The notes below the pieces were generated by a model. It was given only the letters and a program-made list of their open reading frames with translations. It made no database searches and was not told the origin of the DNA. Both the position numbers and the translations under genes were made by a program. A stretch of DNA of 63,422 bases, counting the filler, from Octopus bimaculoides (taxonomy: Eukaryota), in NCBI RefSeq assembly GCF_001194135.2. It is 4 parts of 3 records of this genome, joined end to end, with 100 filler letters (N's around TTAATTAATTAA, not from the genome) between each part and the next. Parts side by side here need not be neighbours in the genome. Positions count along the whole stretch, not along the records: positions 38,178 to 60,479 come from NC_068983.1; 3 more parts are not named here. One strand, given 5' to 3'. Position 1 is the first letter of the stretch. Every line of letters starts with the position of its first letter. Positions 39,664 through 52,843 of this stretch are shown in pieces.

Positions 39664-39795
39664 CACATACTCATATATAAATCTGTGCTTATATAAAATA
39701 TCTACTCCTATAATTACATATATATTCACATGTACCCACGTGCATGTTCATATATGCATGCATACACACGTATATACAAGCATACATATATACAC

Positions 39796-39833
<38 letters not shown>

Positions 39834-39869
39834 GCGCAATATATATCTCAAACAATATATAGGCTCAAA

Positions 39870-40335
39870 CAATATATATCTCAAATCACATCTTAAAGAC
39901 GCACCAACCATCCCAATCGCAACCGTTCACACTCACTCTTTGATAGAACCCCGGAAGATCTTACACCTAGACAACCTGGACCCCACACACATACATTTAT
40001 CACTAGGTCAAAACCTAAAACAACTAAAACAGCTAACAACAACAGGCTTTGCTACCCACCTCCATTCTCCAAAAAATACAGATAGCACTCCATTCTCCAA
40101 AAACATAGATAGCACTACCCCTAGACACCCTAAAAAAAGCGTCGGACGCTCTATTCTGTGGTACACACACTCCTTCTCATCTAACGTTAAGAACTTAGCT
40201 AAATCCTTCTTTAAAATACTAGGCTTCAACTTCCCTCGTCAACGTAAATATCATTCTATTTTTAACAGATCCACCCTGAAACTATCCTATTCTGTCCCAC
40301 CTGATTTCGAATCTATCATAGCAGCCTCTAATAAC
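39870..40335 (+). mobile_element. Fragment of a second Penelope-like family (post-RT region)
   Basis: RSILWYTHSFSSNVKNLAKSFFKILGFNFPRQRKYHSIFNRSTLKLSYSVPPDFESIIAASN matches the W(F/Y)xxxFS...FP..H...IFN..T.K.SYS pattern that lies between PLE RT and GIY-YIG. Confidence 0.6.
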
Positions 40336-41880
40336 AATGGTCAACAGCCAATTTTCATCAGGGATATTATATGATGTTTTATATGTAGTTTTGTCCATGG
40401 ATTTCAAAAATGTAATCAGTTTCCTTCTATCAAGCACAGTTTTCTGTAATTTTATGTTTTCATAATCCTTTCTTTTCCTAAATTTTACTTTCTGTTTAAG
40501 GTGCCAAGTCATCATCAAATTCTACTCAGGATGTTAAGGCATTGCAAGAGCAGTCCTGATATATTTTGTCATGTCTGTGGTTCATTTACCACCAAAGCTC
40601 AGCAACGTGTCATCACAAGTGAAATCAAGAAGGTCTACCAGTTATACTTTGGCTGCTCTCTCGGGGATCAAGATAAGAGTTGGGCCTCGCACATCATCTC
40701 CACAGCTTGTTCAAATGGACTAAGGGATTGGATAAATAAGAGGAAGAGAGCAATGCCGTTTGCAATACCTATGATATGGAGAGAGCCAACGGATCATTTC
40801 ATGTTGATGGACCACTTTGTTTCAGTAATAACACTGATGAGTTATTTCGCTGTTTGTTCCAAGAGAGTGTTCCAGCTGAATGGCGCTTATTCATTGATTC
40901 ATCTAAGAAAAGCCTCAAGGCAGTACTACTACACAACGGCGATAAGAACCCATCCATTCTCATAGGACATTCAGTGCACATGAAGGAGTGTTATGAAAAC
41001 ATGCAAGTACTCCTCAATGCCATAAAGTATACAAACTACAGCTGGAAAATCTGTGGAGACTTGAAAGTGATTGGAATGTTGATGGGAATGCAATCTAGGT
41101 ACACGAAATATTGTTGCTTTTCATGCCTGTGGGACAGACGTGCAACTAACAAGCTCCATGTGCAATCAAAGTGGCCTTTGCGAAAATCATATGAGCCGGG
41201 AGTTTCTAGCGTCCAGAGCAAGCTACTTTTAAACCCAGAAAATGTTCTTCCCCCTCTTCACATAAAGCTTGGCCTCATGAAACAAATCGTGAAGACACTT
41301 GCCCGGAAAAGCTCAAAAGGTTTTGAATATGTGAAGGCCAAATTTCCTAAAATCACCGAGGCAAAACTGAAGGAGGGCATATTCATAGGTCCGCAGATAA
41401 AAGAACTCTTGAAGGACAACCACTTCCTCACAGCACTGGATGATATTGAGCTTAAAGCCTGGGAATCCTTCAAATGACTCCGTGAAAATTTCCTAGGCAA
41501 CAAGAGATCTCTAGAGTTTAGAAACGGAGTGAAATGTCTTCTAGACTCCTATGCTGCAATGGGCTGTCGGATGTCACTAAAGGTCCATTTCCTTGATTCA
41601 CATCTGGACTTTTTTGCAGAGAACCTTAGAGCAGTGTCTGATGAGCAAGTGGAACGTTTTCATCAAGATATTGCATCGATGAAACAACGATATCAAGGAT
41701 TTTGGAATGCAGGAATGTTAGCTGACTACTGTTGGATGTTATACAGGAATGAACCTGAGACAAAACACCATAGAAAGTCCAAATCCCAAAGATTTAAAGT
41801 TGTTATGCATTCGAGTGTATTCTAACTTATTTGTACACAATAATTAAAATTTTGTACACTAAAAAGCCATGAAATTATCG
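40335..41880 (+). mobile_element. DNA transposon remnant, Chapaev-3 (CMC)-like transposase with an internal deletion
   Basis: FCHVCGSF...YFGCSLGDQDKSWASH...MPFAIPMIWREPTDH; EWRLFIDSSKKSLKAVLLHNG; KICGDLKVI...YTKYCCFSCLWD; LPPLHIKLGLMKQ; HFLDSHLDFF..NL.AVSDEQVERFHQDI..M.QRYQG.W...MLADYCW. The family name is from recalled motifs. Confidence 0.75.
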
Positions 41881-42393
41881 TATCTTGTATTCATTATACG
41901 TTATATANNNNNNNNNNNNNNNNNNNNNNNNNNNNNNNNNNNNNNNNNNNNNNNNNNNNNNNNNNNNNNNNNNNNNNNNNNNNNNNNNNNNNNNNNNNNN
42001 NNNNNNNNNNNNNNNNNNNNNNNNNNNNNNNNNNNNNNNNNNNNNNNNNNNNNNNNNNNNNNNNNNNNNNNNNNNNNNNNNNNNNNNNNNNNNNNNNNNN
42101 NNNNNNNNNNNNNNNNNNNNNNNNNNNNNNNNNNNNNNNNNNNNNNNNNNNNNNNNNNNNNNNNNNNNNNNNNNNNNNNNNNNNNNNNNNNNNNNNNNNN
42201 NNNNNNNNNNNNNNNNNNNNNNNNNNNNNNNNNNNNNNNNNNNNNNNNNNNNNNNNNNNNNNNNNNNNNNNNNNNNNNNNNNNNNNNNNNNNNNNNNNNN
42301 NNNNNNNNNNNNNNNNNNNNNNNNNNNNNNNNNNNNNNNNNNNNNNNNNNNNNNNNNNNNNNNNNNNNNNNNNNNNNNNNNNNNNNNNNNNNN

Positions 42394-42435
<42 letters not shown>

Positions 42436-42914
42436 ATGTGTGTATTTGTGTGTGTATGTGTGTGTGTGTGTGTATGTATATTTATATATATACACATATG
42501 CTAATATACGTACACGTCTCTTAACACTTATACCTATGCATGTACTCTCACATATTGAGAATTATATCCAGAAAAGTGCCCATACACATATAAACACTCC
42601 CATACATATACACTCACACAAACATACACACACACGCATACATACCTTTACATAAACACATAAACAAGTACTGGGAAAAATGCTCTTCCCAGTATAGTCA
42701 CGACTTTCTGTCTTCTACTGAGATTCAAAAACCAACGACCTTGCTCAAACATATACATACACGCACATAAACACGCACATATATACACATACTCATTTAT
42801 GCACAAACATACACATATATATGTATGTATATATATATATAATATATATATGTGTATACACACACACATATATGCACAAGGAAACCGAACGAAAACAAAC
42901 ATGGAAGGTCGTTA

Positions 42915-43826
42915 GACCAGAACGCTGGAGAAATATTCTCTTTGAAATGAGAAAAGATAGAAGGCGTCTAGTACTTTAGACCGAACTCTGCACCCCACGT
43001 GTTTGGCTTTGAGGTGACGGTCCAAGGCCGTTCTCGCTGCCAGAATGTGAGATGCGGAGCCCAACCTCAACGCCTCCTCTAGGTCCTTAACTAGTTGCCC
43101 TTCTATTCTGGCCTTATCTAGTCTTAGCTGACGGTTAAACCTAATAGACTCAAAACGAATGGCTCTCTTGAGGGCGAACCACCATCGGTTGTTAACCACA
43201 GCGCCGGTTAATGCCCTCTGTACTAACCCCTTAATCCGGCTACGGTATGCTTCGCAAGTCAAAATAGACTTGTTCAGCTTCCAGTAGCCGGTTCCTCGTT
43301 CGGATGGTTAAGTCTGTAACGATCTGCCGGCTGAAAACGCTAAAGCAGATCTACGAGACGTGAGTTTACTTTCCTATGGATCGAGCCAAGGCTATCGATG
43401 CGCGCATCAACTATAGCGTTATAGTCTCCTAACACTACTAATGTCTTCGACGTCACGAGAAAGTTCTCTAGGCGCCGATAAAAATCAGTTTGAAATCCTC
43501 TAGCACAAGGTGCATAGATCCCGATCAACCTGAAGGCCTTACTGCTGTATGTCACATCAAGGACGACCAGCCCACCTTCTGGGTCTACATAGACTGTACT
43601 TGTCTGCAGAGCCAAGACTTTTCGAACCAGTACTACTACACCCCCTCGCCCTCTGGTCCGGCTAGGAGACATGATTTTCTCGTAGTCATTCAGGAGGCGC
43701 GAGAAGGCTTGTAGACCGTCCAGCTTGGTCTCTGTAGCAACCATCACATGCATGTCGTGTGATGTGAGGTCGTTGAGGAAACAAGCTTGTTTCCAATTCG
43801 AGCTAAGACCACGCACATTCAAGCAC
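42915..43826 (-). mobile_element. L1/Tx1-clade LINE ORF2, APE endonuclease domain and downstream linker
   Basis: LNVRGL, VATETKL, LIGIYAP, VVLGDYNAIVD (APE motifs). Confidence 0.88.
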
Positions 43827-44689
43827 NNNNNNNNNNNNNNNNNNNNNNNNNNNNNNNNNNNNNNNNNNNNNNNNNNNNNNNNNNNNNNNNNNNNNNNNNN
43901 NNNNNNNNNNNNNNNNNNNNNNNNNNNNNNNNNNNNNNNNNNNNNNNNNNNNNNNNNNNNNNNNNNNNNNNNNNNNNNNNNNNNNNNNNNNNNNNNNNNN
44001 NNNNNNNNNNNNNNNNNNNNNNNNNNNNNNNNNNNNNNNNNNNNNNNNNNNNNNNNNNNNNNNNNNNNNNNNNNNNNNNNNNNNNNNNNNNNNNNNNNNN
44101 NNNNNNNNNNNNNNNNNNNNNNNNNNNNNNNNNNNNNNNNNNNNNNNNNNNNNNNNNNNNNNNNNNNNNNNNNNNNNNNNNNNNNNNNNNNNNNNNNNNN
44201 NNNNNNNNNNNNNNNNNNNNNNNNNNNNNNNNNNNNNNNNNNNNNNNNNNNNNNNNNNNNNNNNNNNNNNNNNNNNNNNNNNNNNNNNNNNNNNNNNNNN
44301 NNNNNNNNNNNNNNNNNNNNNNNNNNNNNNNNNNNNNNNNNNNNNNNNNNNNNNNNNNNNNNNNNNNNNNNNNNNNNNNNNNNNNNNNNNNNNNNNNNNN
44401 NNNNNNNNNNNNNNNNNNNNNNNNNNNNNNNNNNNNNNNNNNNNNNNNNNNNNNNNNNNNNNNNNNNNNNNNNNNNNNNNNNNNNNNNNNNNNNNNNNNN
44501 NNNNNNNNNNNNNNNNNNNNNNNNNNNNNNNNNNNNNNNNNNNNNNNNNNNNNNNNNNNNNNNNNNNNNNNNNNNNNNNNNNNNNNNNNNNNNNNNNNNN
44601 NNNNNNNNNNNNNNNNNNNNNNNNNNNNNNNNNNNNNNNNNNNNNNNNNNNNNNNNNNNNNNNNNNNNNCGGGTTTGGGGTCTTTTTTA

Positions 44690-45200
44690 GCAGTTGAAAG
44701 GCCTGGTGTCTGCGCACTTATTCTTTTCTTCTAAATCTCACATTCTACGCGAATGTGGCCTTTTTTTCCACATTCAAAACACGTGGTCTTATTGCCCTCT
44801 ACCTGGATTCTGGGGGCAATATCCTCACCCAAGAGCACTCTCTCTGGAAGCATTTCGATATCTTCTTGAGTTCCCTGAATAGTAGCGGAGATGCTGTGCC
44901 CATGCCAATTTTGTTGGGCAGTGCGGGTGATTTGGAGGAAGGTAATTTTGTCCGTCCTGTTATACAACAGGGCGGCCATCACCTCACTTGCCTCAATTTC
45001 TGGTGGTACCTCATTCACTTTGACGCGTGCTGTTCTCCTTTCATGTAGGTTGGGAGAAGCACCACCTCCTTCGTTTTCAGGGGACTCACTGAGTGCTCTT
45101 GGGCTTTTTCGGCCGTCCCAAATCTGGCCTCTATTGTTCCGTATACCTGACCCCTCGCTATGTATTTTATGTCATCTACTTACCACACAGCCACTCCTAT
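44690..45200 (-). mobile_element. L1/Tx1-clade LINE ORF1 fragment with a CCHC zinc knuckle
   Basis: VPPEIEASEV...IQVEGNKTTCFECGKKGHIRVEC, on the same strand as and upstream of the APE fragment across an 864-N gap. Confidence 0.75.
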
Positions 45201-45814
45201 GTCTGTAAGAAATTTGGTTATAAACAGAACACGTCATAGTCAATGAAAAGATATTCTGTTGGTTAGTGAAACTCAGGTAATCTACACTAACTCTTCCCTC
45301 TAACACAACCATTAAAGCGTAAAAAAATGAAAGAAAAAAAAACCCCATAAAATTAAAAATAGCGGCAACAAAGGATACAATTTAGAGGATACAATGACCT
45401 AAAAACCACTCCTGAATACTTAACGACTAAAGAAAGAAGAAGAAAAAAATCTAAGGAAACAAGGAATCAACAACAACAAAAAGCAAATAACGAAAAATCT
45501 CAGAACACAAAGAAAACAAGAAAAGATCCCCACCTTAAACTTTTATAGCTCGAATGCTTTACAGCAATATAACACTAAACAGAAGAGATATTTGTTCGAA
45601 TTTTATAGCACAGAGCCCAAAAGTTCGGGAGAAGGGGTAAGTAGATTACATCGACCCCATTGCTCAACTGGTACTTGTTTTATCGACCCTGGAAGGGATG
45701 AAAGGCAAAGTCGACCTCGACGAAATTTGCATTCAGAAAGTAAAGACGGACAAAAGGCCGATAAGCATTTTGCCAGGTGTGCTAACGATTCTACCGCCTT
45801 CATAAGTTGCTGAA

Positions 45815-46140
45815 ACCCCCTTCGATCATGACTGACCATGAGATTGCACCTAGAAAGTTACCCTCCCATGCACAAGGTTGTTTTTATGGAAGACCAGCGA
45901 TCGCCCATGTATTCCGGCCTCCCTTCTCCACGCCACCAGTGTTATCCAAGGGAAAGGCAAAGGCCGATACAGCTTGGCACCTGTGACGTCGCAACTCATT
46001 TCTACAGCTGAGTAAACTGGTGGAACATGAAACAAAGTGTCTTGCTCAAGAACACAACACGCAGCCCGGTCCGAGAATCGAACTCACCACCTCACGATCG
46101 TAAGCTCGACGCTCTAGCCACTGAGCCATGCGCCTTCACA
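45815..46140 (-). mobile_element. tRNA-derived SINE family D. Second copy at about 6680-6935 +
   Basis: Shared gttcttgagcaagacactt...ctgtagaaatgagtt..gacgtcac.ggtgccaa.ctgtatcggcctttgcctttcc.ttggataac body and a tRNA-like head. Confidence 0.85.
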
Positions 46141-47310
46141 AGTACCATCAATAAGTACCATCAATATTATTGGGTATCATGATTTTAAATTTAGGCACAA
46201 AGCCAACAACATTGAGAGGTGGAGGGTAGTCGATTTCATGAACCCTAGTAAATTTGAATAGATGTATGTATGTATGTATGTATGCATGTATGTATGTATA
46301 TATATTTTTTGTTGGATGGTCGTTGACTGTTCAGGAGTTCATCCGCCCTTTGACANNNNNNNNNNNNNNNNNNNNNNNNNNNNNNNNNNNNNNNNNNNNN
46401 NNNNNNNNNNNNNNNNNNNNNNNNNNNNNNNNNNNNNNNNNNNNNNNNNNNNNNNTGGAACCCTCGACGTCGTAAGCGACGGAGTGCCAACAACACATAT
46501 ATATAATCAATGTTTCTCAATTATTCTTTTGATTGTGGACCCCTTTGGTTCATATTTTATTCTAGTACAACTCCATAGCCATTCTAAGTATATATAAAGA
46601 ATTACCTACTGCATTTTTTTGTTGAATATTAGGAATTGTTGAGAAAGAATTAGGAGTGACTGTGTGGTAAGAAGCTTGTTTCCCAACCAGGTGGTTCCCG
46701 CTTAAGTCCCATTGCGTGACATTTTGGACAAGCGCCTTCTACTATAGCCACGGGCCGAGCAAAGCTTCGTGAGTGGATTTGGTAGACGGAAATTGAAGGC
46801 GGCGAGCTGGCAGAAACGTTAGCATGCCGGCCCCGAAAGGATGAAAGGCAAAGTCGACCTCGGCGGAATTTGAACACAGAACGTAAAGACAGACGAAATA
46901 CCGCGAAGCATTTCGCCCGGCATGCTAACGATTCTGCCAGCTCGCAACGTTAACTTAATATTTTCATTGAAACACATGAATTTAAGTTTTTCTTTTAGTT
47001 CTATCGATGCTTCCTTATTTTTCACATTATTTTGGAGTCATTACTGATAATGCCCACAGCAACACCGTCATAATAAAAAGGAAACAAACATTTTTTAAAA
47101 ATAAAAACAATATGGATGTTTTATTTGCGGAGACTCTGTGACATGTGGTTGACCGGAAATCTATCTTTAGAGTCACATACACTCATGATCTACAACGGAT
47201 GTAGTCACAAGAAATTGCTATGTTAAATATTGACATTCCTTTCTTTCTTTCTTTCTTTCTTTTGTTTCTTCCCTCCTTCCTCTTTTTGTTTATTTCTTTA
47301 TTTGTATCTT

Positions 47311-47375
47311 TGTTTCTTTGATATTTGTTTCTTTGATATTTGTTTCTTTGATATTTGTTTCTTTGATATTTGTTT
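47311..47375. repeat. 15-bp minisatellite (tgtttctttgatatt) x4 perfect
   Basis: Units start at 47311, 47326, 47341 and 47356. Confidence 0.95.
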
Positions 47376-48250
47376 GTTTGCCTTTCTTTCTTCCTGGCTT
47401 CCCTTTTCTTTAGAATTTCTAATTGTTTTAGTTTGCTAATTTTGTATAATAATCAATAACTGATGGGAATATTTTGGTGCTTATGAGAATCCGAGGTAGT
47501 CAATGAAAATGTCGAGACATTTCCTGCAAGGATAGTATGATCTTTCACACATGCTCATACACAGTAGGTGGTGAAGGCGCGTGACTTTGTGGTTATGGAA
47601 TTCGCAAGGCCGTGAGTTCGATTCCTGGCGGCGCGTTGTGTCCTCGAGTAAGACATTTTATTTCACGTAGCTCCAGTCCACTCGGCTGGCAAAAATGAGT
47701 AGTACCTATATTTCAAAGGGGCAGCTTTGTCACATTCTCTGCCACGTTGAAGCTCCCTGCCAACTACGTTAAGGGTACGCGTTTTTGTAGAGTGCTCAAC
47801 CACTTGCACGTTAAATTCCCGAGCAGGCTGTTCCGCTGATTAAATCAACTGGAACCCTCATCGTAATTGACAGAGTGCCAGTTATACACGGTAGGTAAAC
47901 AAAACCAAAATCTGGATTCTAATGGCATGTCTAATTGCGACGATTGATAGAATTTTATCAGAGGTTGAATATTTCCGGACGATGTGATACTTAAGATAAG
48001 ATAGCTGGGTAAACTGATACAAAGGCTGGATAAAGTCGGCAAACATTTTCAGTAGTCAACCGTGCTTACCCCAAAGTGTTGTTGTTTCGGATCCGATTTC
48101 GTTTCTGATTGTGCACTATGTGCATGTGATTATGTTAATAGCTGGGATTTGTAACAATCTGTACTGTATTTAAGTCACCAGGCACAAAATGTCCCTGACC
48201 TGGTGGAAATAATTTTAGACCGCAGCACGTGAATAGTGCAAGAAAAGACT

Positions 48251-48958
48251 TACTAGGTGGTATCAAAACGTTCCCGGACTAGTTCTGTAGCGCGCCAACA
48301 GATGGCAGCACACGGTTGGGTGCGCTGTGAGAGGTAGCAGAAATATTCATGAGGCAGTGTGCTGAGTGACATCGCAGTATTTACTTCGCAAATTGTGAAA
48401 TTTGTGTTTTTGTAATCACGTGTATGTTGTAGTCTGAGATTTTTGTCATGGACAGGAAGTTGGAATAATGAGCCAACGTGAAATTTTGCGTTAAACTTGG
48501 GAAGTCTGCTACAGAGACACTGAGCACGCTTCGGCAAGTTTACGGAAACGAGGCAATGTGTTGTACGCAATGTTTCAAGTGGGGTGGGGACGTCAAAAGC
48601 GGAAGAATGTCCTTAGAAGATGAACGATCTGGAAAACCTGCCACGGGAGTCTCCCTCGGGAATGTGGTATTGTGAATTGAGAATTCGTCCCCAGGGCCAG
48701 ACCGTTATTGAGAGTTCTACAGTGACGTTTTGAAGCGGTTAGGAGAAGATAGACATTTAGCAAAAGCTATCGGATCTGTGGAGCTCGAATAATTAGATTC
48801 TTCACGACGACAATGCACCCTGTCACCAAGCCCTCCTCACTCCCGTGAGTTTCTCACCAAAAGCAACACAGTATCGCTTCCACACCCGCTCTATTCGCCA
48901 GATTTAGCACCTGCGAACTTGCACCTCCTCTCTAAGATTAAAATGCAGCTCAAAGGAT
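48251..48958 (+). mobile_element. Internally deleted mariner element (left TIR, HTH, C-terminal DDD part)
   Basis: End tactaggtggtatcaaaacgttcccggact. VKFCVKLGKSATETLSTLRQVYGNEAM...SLEDERSGKP, then directly GQTV..FYSDVLKRL, HDDNAPCH, HPLYSPDLAPAN. Confidence 0.88.
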
Positions 48959-48959
48959 T

Positions 48960-50380
48960 CCTCAAACATACAGATATACCGACCGGAAGCGTACAACCAA
49001 AAAGAGTGCCACGTCCTAATCCATGTTATGGTTGTCGAGGTATACATTTCAGAAAAGACTGCCCATTTAAAAATCAAAAATTTTACAGTTGCAAAAGAAT
49101 TAGTCACAACAGTTCAGTCTGCAGAATAAAATTACGAAGGACAAACGTTAAAAATCCTAGAGTGCTCTCAGCAGAAACAAAAATCGACTCCCAAATAGGA
49201 AAATTCGTACACGTAAAAATAAATATAATACATATTAAACTTCAATCGGATACTGGAAGTGATATTTCAATTATAAATATGGACACATGGAAGAAAATAG
49301 GGAAACCTATGTTGAGAAAAACAGCGAAATCTGCTCGTAGGGTGACGGGCGACAAATTACATTTCATAGGTGAAATGAGGACTAAAGTTACATTTCGAGG
49401 GAAAACATGCAAGGCGAAAATCTTCGTTGTTAAAAATGCAACTGATCTGTTGGGTACCGATTGGTTAGAATTATTCGATTTATGGGACCTCTCCTTACAT
49501 CTCTATTTAAAAAACGTAAATGGTTGTCCCTCTAAAAATAATTCGTCTGAAGAGTTAAAGAGAAATTTTTTTTAATGTTTCCGCATGTATTCTCGGACAA
49601 ACTAGGTCTATGGTCTAGGATACATATCGACTCCACTGGACTAGTGAACGGCGCATACTATCTCATCGTTGTGGATAGCTATACAAAGTGGCTAGAGGTT
49701 TGCAGATGTAATAAACCTCAGCAAAGACAGCAATAAAGTTCCTACTCAAGTTATTTGCTCGATGCAGTGTGCCAGACACATTGGTTTTAGATAATGGAAC
49801 ACAACTCACGGCATATGAATTAAGAAATTTCTGCAAAATACATGCCATAAAGCACATCTTTACCCCGCCCTACCACTCGAAATCAAATAGGCAGGTGAGC
49901 TAGATAATTACGAGGCACTAACGAAATTTTTTAGGGTAATACCAAACCCAAGAAAGTCACTAGCAGAGTTAATGTTCGCGCGTGAAATAATATCGATCTT
50001 TCATAAATTATTGCCAGGAAAAAATACATATAAAGGAAAGACAAAAAATACATTTGAAGGAAATACAAGAAATATTACAAAACATTTTGAAATAGGAGAT
50101 AAAGTTCATTTAAAAATTTACAAACATTATAAAGAAGGTTGGGAGGATGGCTGTATAATCAAAAGATTAGGTAACATGATGTATTTAACGTTCGGAACAT
50201 AAGAGACACCTTAACCAGTTAAAGATGAAACCTATAAAAGAACGAAGGGCAATACCAATGGAAGTCTTCTATGATATGTTTGAAGTGCTAGCACCGAGAG
50301 ATATTGAACCCCGTAAAACTAGCTTCAGAAAACGAAAACAGACTGAATATCTGGAAGTAATACCAAAAAGAAAAAATACT
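48960..50380 (+). mobile_element. Ty3/Gypsy remnant: gag zinc knuckles, protease and integrase core; RT and RNase H absent
   Basis: CYGCRGIHFRKDC (CCHC), LQSDTGSDISII (aspartic protease), IHID...YLIVVDSYTKWLEV, VPDTLVLDNGTQL, PPYHSKSN (integrase), GDKVHLKIY...W..G.IIKRLG. Confidence 0.85.
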
Positions 50381-50986
50381 AAATTTTCTTGATAATGTGA
50401 ACCGTGTAAGTTATGAAAAGAAAGAACAGCTATTCAGCCATCTGACATTTCATGCGAACGAGTAAAAGTGTAAATAATTCTCCATACTGAGAAGCTATTA
50501 TCGACAATATATAAGCGTGAGAAAATAAATGCTTTTTGTTTTGAACATTCAAAAAACATTAACCTACTCAATAGGCTGAGGTCGAAGTAAGAGCACATAT
50601 GATGATTGTATGTATGTAGTTTCACCCGTTAAGTTTATATGACCGTTTTTCTCGATCAGGGTTTGAATGAAGCAGCATAACAACAACTAAGTTATTCATA
50701 GACTACGTAAAAACAAATAAAACTTATCTAAGACATCATTAGCATTGTTCTGACGTAGTTTCTAAATGCGACTTCTTAATTGTGGAACGAAATCGAAGAA
50801 ATCGACATGAGATTTTGGTTTCATGACCGCTGTGTAGCTTGCTTACCAACCACATGGTTCTGGCTTCAGTCCCACTGCGTGGCACCTTGGGCAGGTGTCT
50901 TCTACTATAGCCTCAGGCCGACCAAAGTCTTGTGAGTGGATTTGTTAGACGGAAACTGAAAAGAAGCCCGTCGTATATATATATAT

Positions 50987-51017
<31 letters not shown>

Positions 51018-51193
51018 NNNNNNNNNNNNNNNNNNNNNNNNNNNNNNNNNNNNNNNNNNNNNNNNNNNNNNNNNNNNNNNNNNNNNNNNNNNNNNNNNNN
51101 NNNNNNNNNNNNNNNNNNNNNNNNNNNNNNNNNNNNNNNNNNNNNNNNNNNNNNNNNNNNNNNNNNNNNNNNNNNNNNNNNNNNNNNNNNNNN

Positions 51194-51233
<40 letters not shown>

Positions 51234-52843
51234 CATATGTTTGTATCTGTGTTTGTCCCTCCAACATCGCTTGACAACCTATACTGGTGTGTTTACGTCC
51301 TCGTCACTTAGCGGTTCGGCAAGAGAGACCGATAGAATAAGTACTAGGCTTACAAAGAATATGTCCTGGGATCGATTTGCTCGACCAAAGGGTCGATAAA
51401 TTAAGTACCAGTTACGCACTGGGGTCGATGCAATCGACTTAATCCCTTTGTCTGTCCTTGTTTGTCCCCTCTATGTTTAGCCCCTTGTGGGCAATAACGA
51501 AATAAGAAGATAAATTAAGATCCAGAAATAATTACCTGGGTATTGTTACCTTTTGTTTCGGAACTAAATTCCTCAGGCTATACATTTTTGTTATCGTTTA
51601 GCCTATGATCAGTTCTGAATGTGTTCCACTCCATCTATGACCGTTCTGGTCATAGAGAATTTTCTTGCCTTTTTCAAATGGCTTATTTATAGATAAAACA
51701 ACACTTTTTAGTACTTCCTGACTAATAGAAGAAAAAGGAAGAAGCTACCTTCAAACGGAGACCACGGCCGAATGCTTGCTATAGAATGGGTTTCTTTGAA
51801 GGTAAGTAAGGGCCAGGGGCCGGTAATAAATTGGACGAGGGATTAAGTCGAGGGATTAAGAACACTAATCTGTAAGAGGAGCTTGCAGATAAAGATATAT
51901 ACACGCATATTGTGTATAATCTGATGAACTATATCACATTCGACTATTGATGTAATTTTCAAACAGCTATGCAATTAACTTTCAGAATGCACACACGCGT
52001 GCGCACGCACACACACACGCACACGCACACACACATGTATTGCATTTCAGACCACACATGATATTTTAGATGTACTTCTTAGGGATCGATTTAAATTTAG
52101 GACAGAGGAAATGAAAAAAGCAGGAACGACATAATATAACCAAAGATCACAGGCCTTGTTGGAAAGGATGTGTCTCCCCACTCAACTCCTCTCTCGATAG
52201 TCAGAGTGGGAAGGAGCGAGATAAAAGACAGGATTCAATGTAGAAGATTATACAATATCCAGTTGACTAAATGGTAAACATTTCACTAAGCTATAACCAT
52301 TTGTGTTAAGATATTTCCGACAAGTTAGCAAAAAAAAACAAAAAAAACAAACTATGCGTGTTTTTCAGAAAATATTCCGAAGCTAATACTTGCCAAAATC
52401 ACGATTCTTTCATGATTCGTTTGCTTTTCAAATATTGCTCTATGGATATTTCTCAGCAAAGGAATTTCTGAACAAATAATGTCACTGTCAAATCAACACG
52501 TACACCGTCCTCAACTCTTATTGGTCCTTTACGTTATATTGTGGGAAGTTTAGTCAGCCCTCTGTTCAAAGAACTTTCTATGTTCTACACATCATTCCAA
52601 GTTTAATTGTAATGAAACGCTTTTAAGTTTGTTGAATAATTTACAAAACAAAATAAACGTTTAACTGAATGAAGTGAAACTTGGAAGATACTCGAAACTT
52701 ATTACAAACTCATATTGAAAACAAATATAAAAATATGTTTTCCGAAATATGGATTCATTACCTATTTAAAAGATAAATATATTCTGAAGCTCCTTGACAA
52801 ATTTGCTGCAATTTAACTTTAAAGATTACTTGCATAAAACAAT

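Noticed and set aside
52760-52775. TATA box for the xylanase gene (tatttaaaa)
   Set aside because: Such words are frequent in this AT-rich DNA, and a possible acceptor just before the ATG suggests the start site may lie further upstream.
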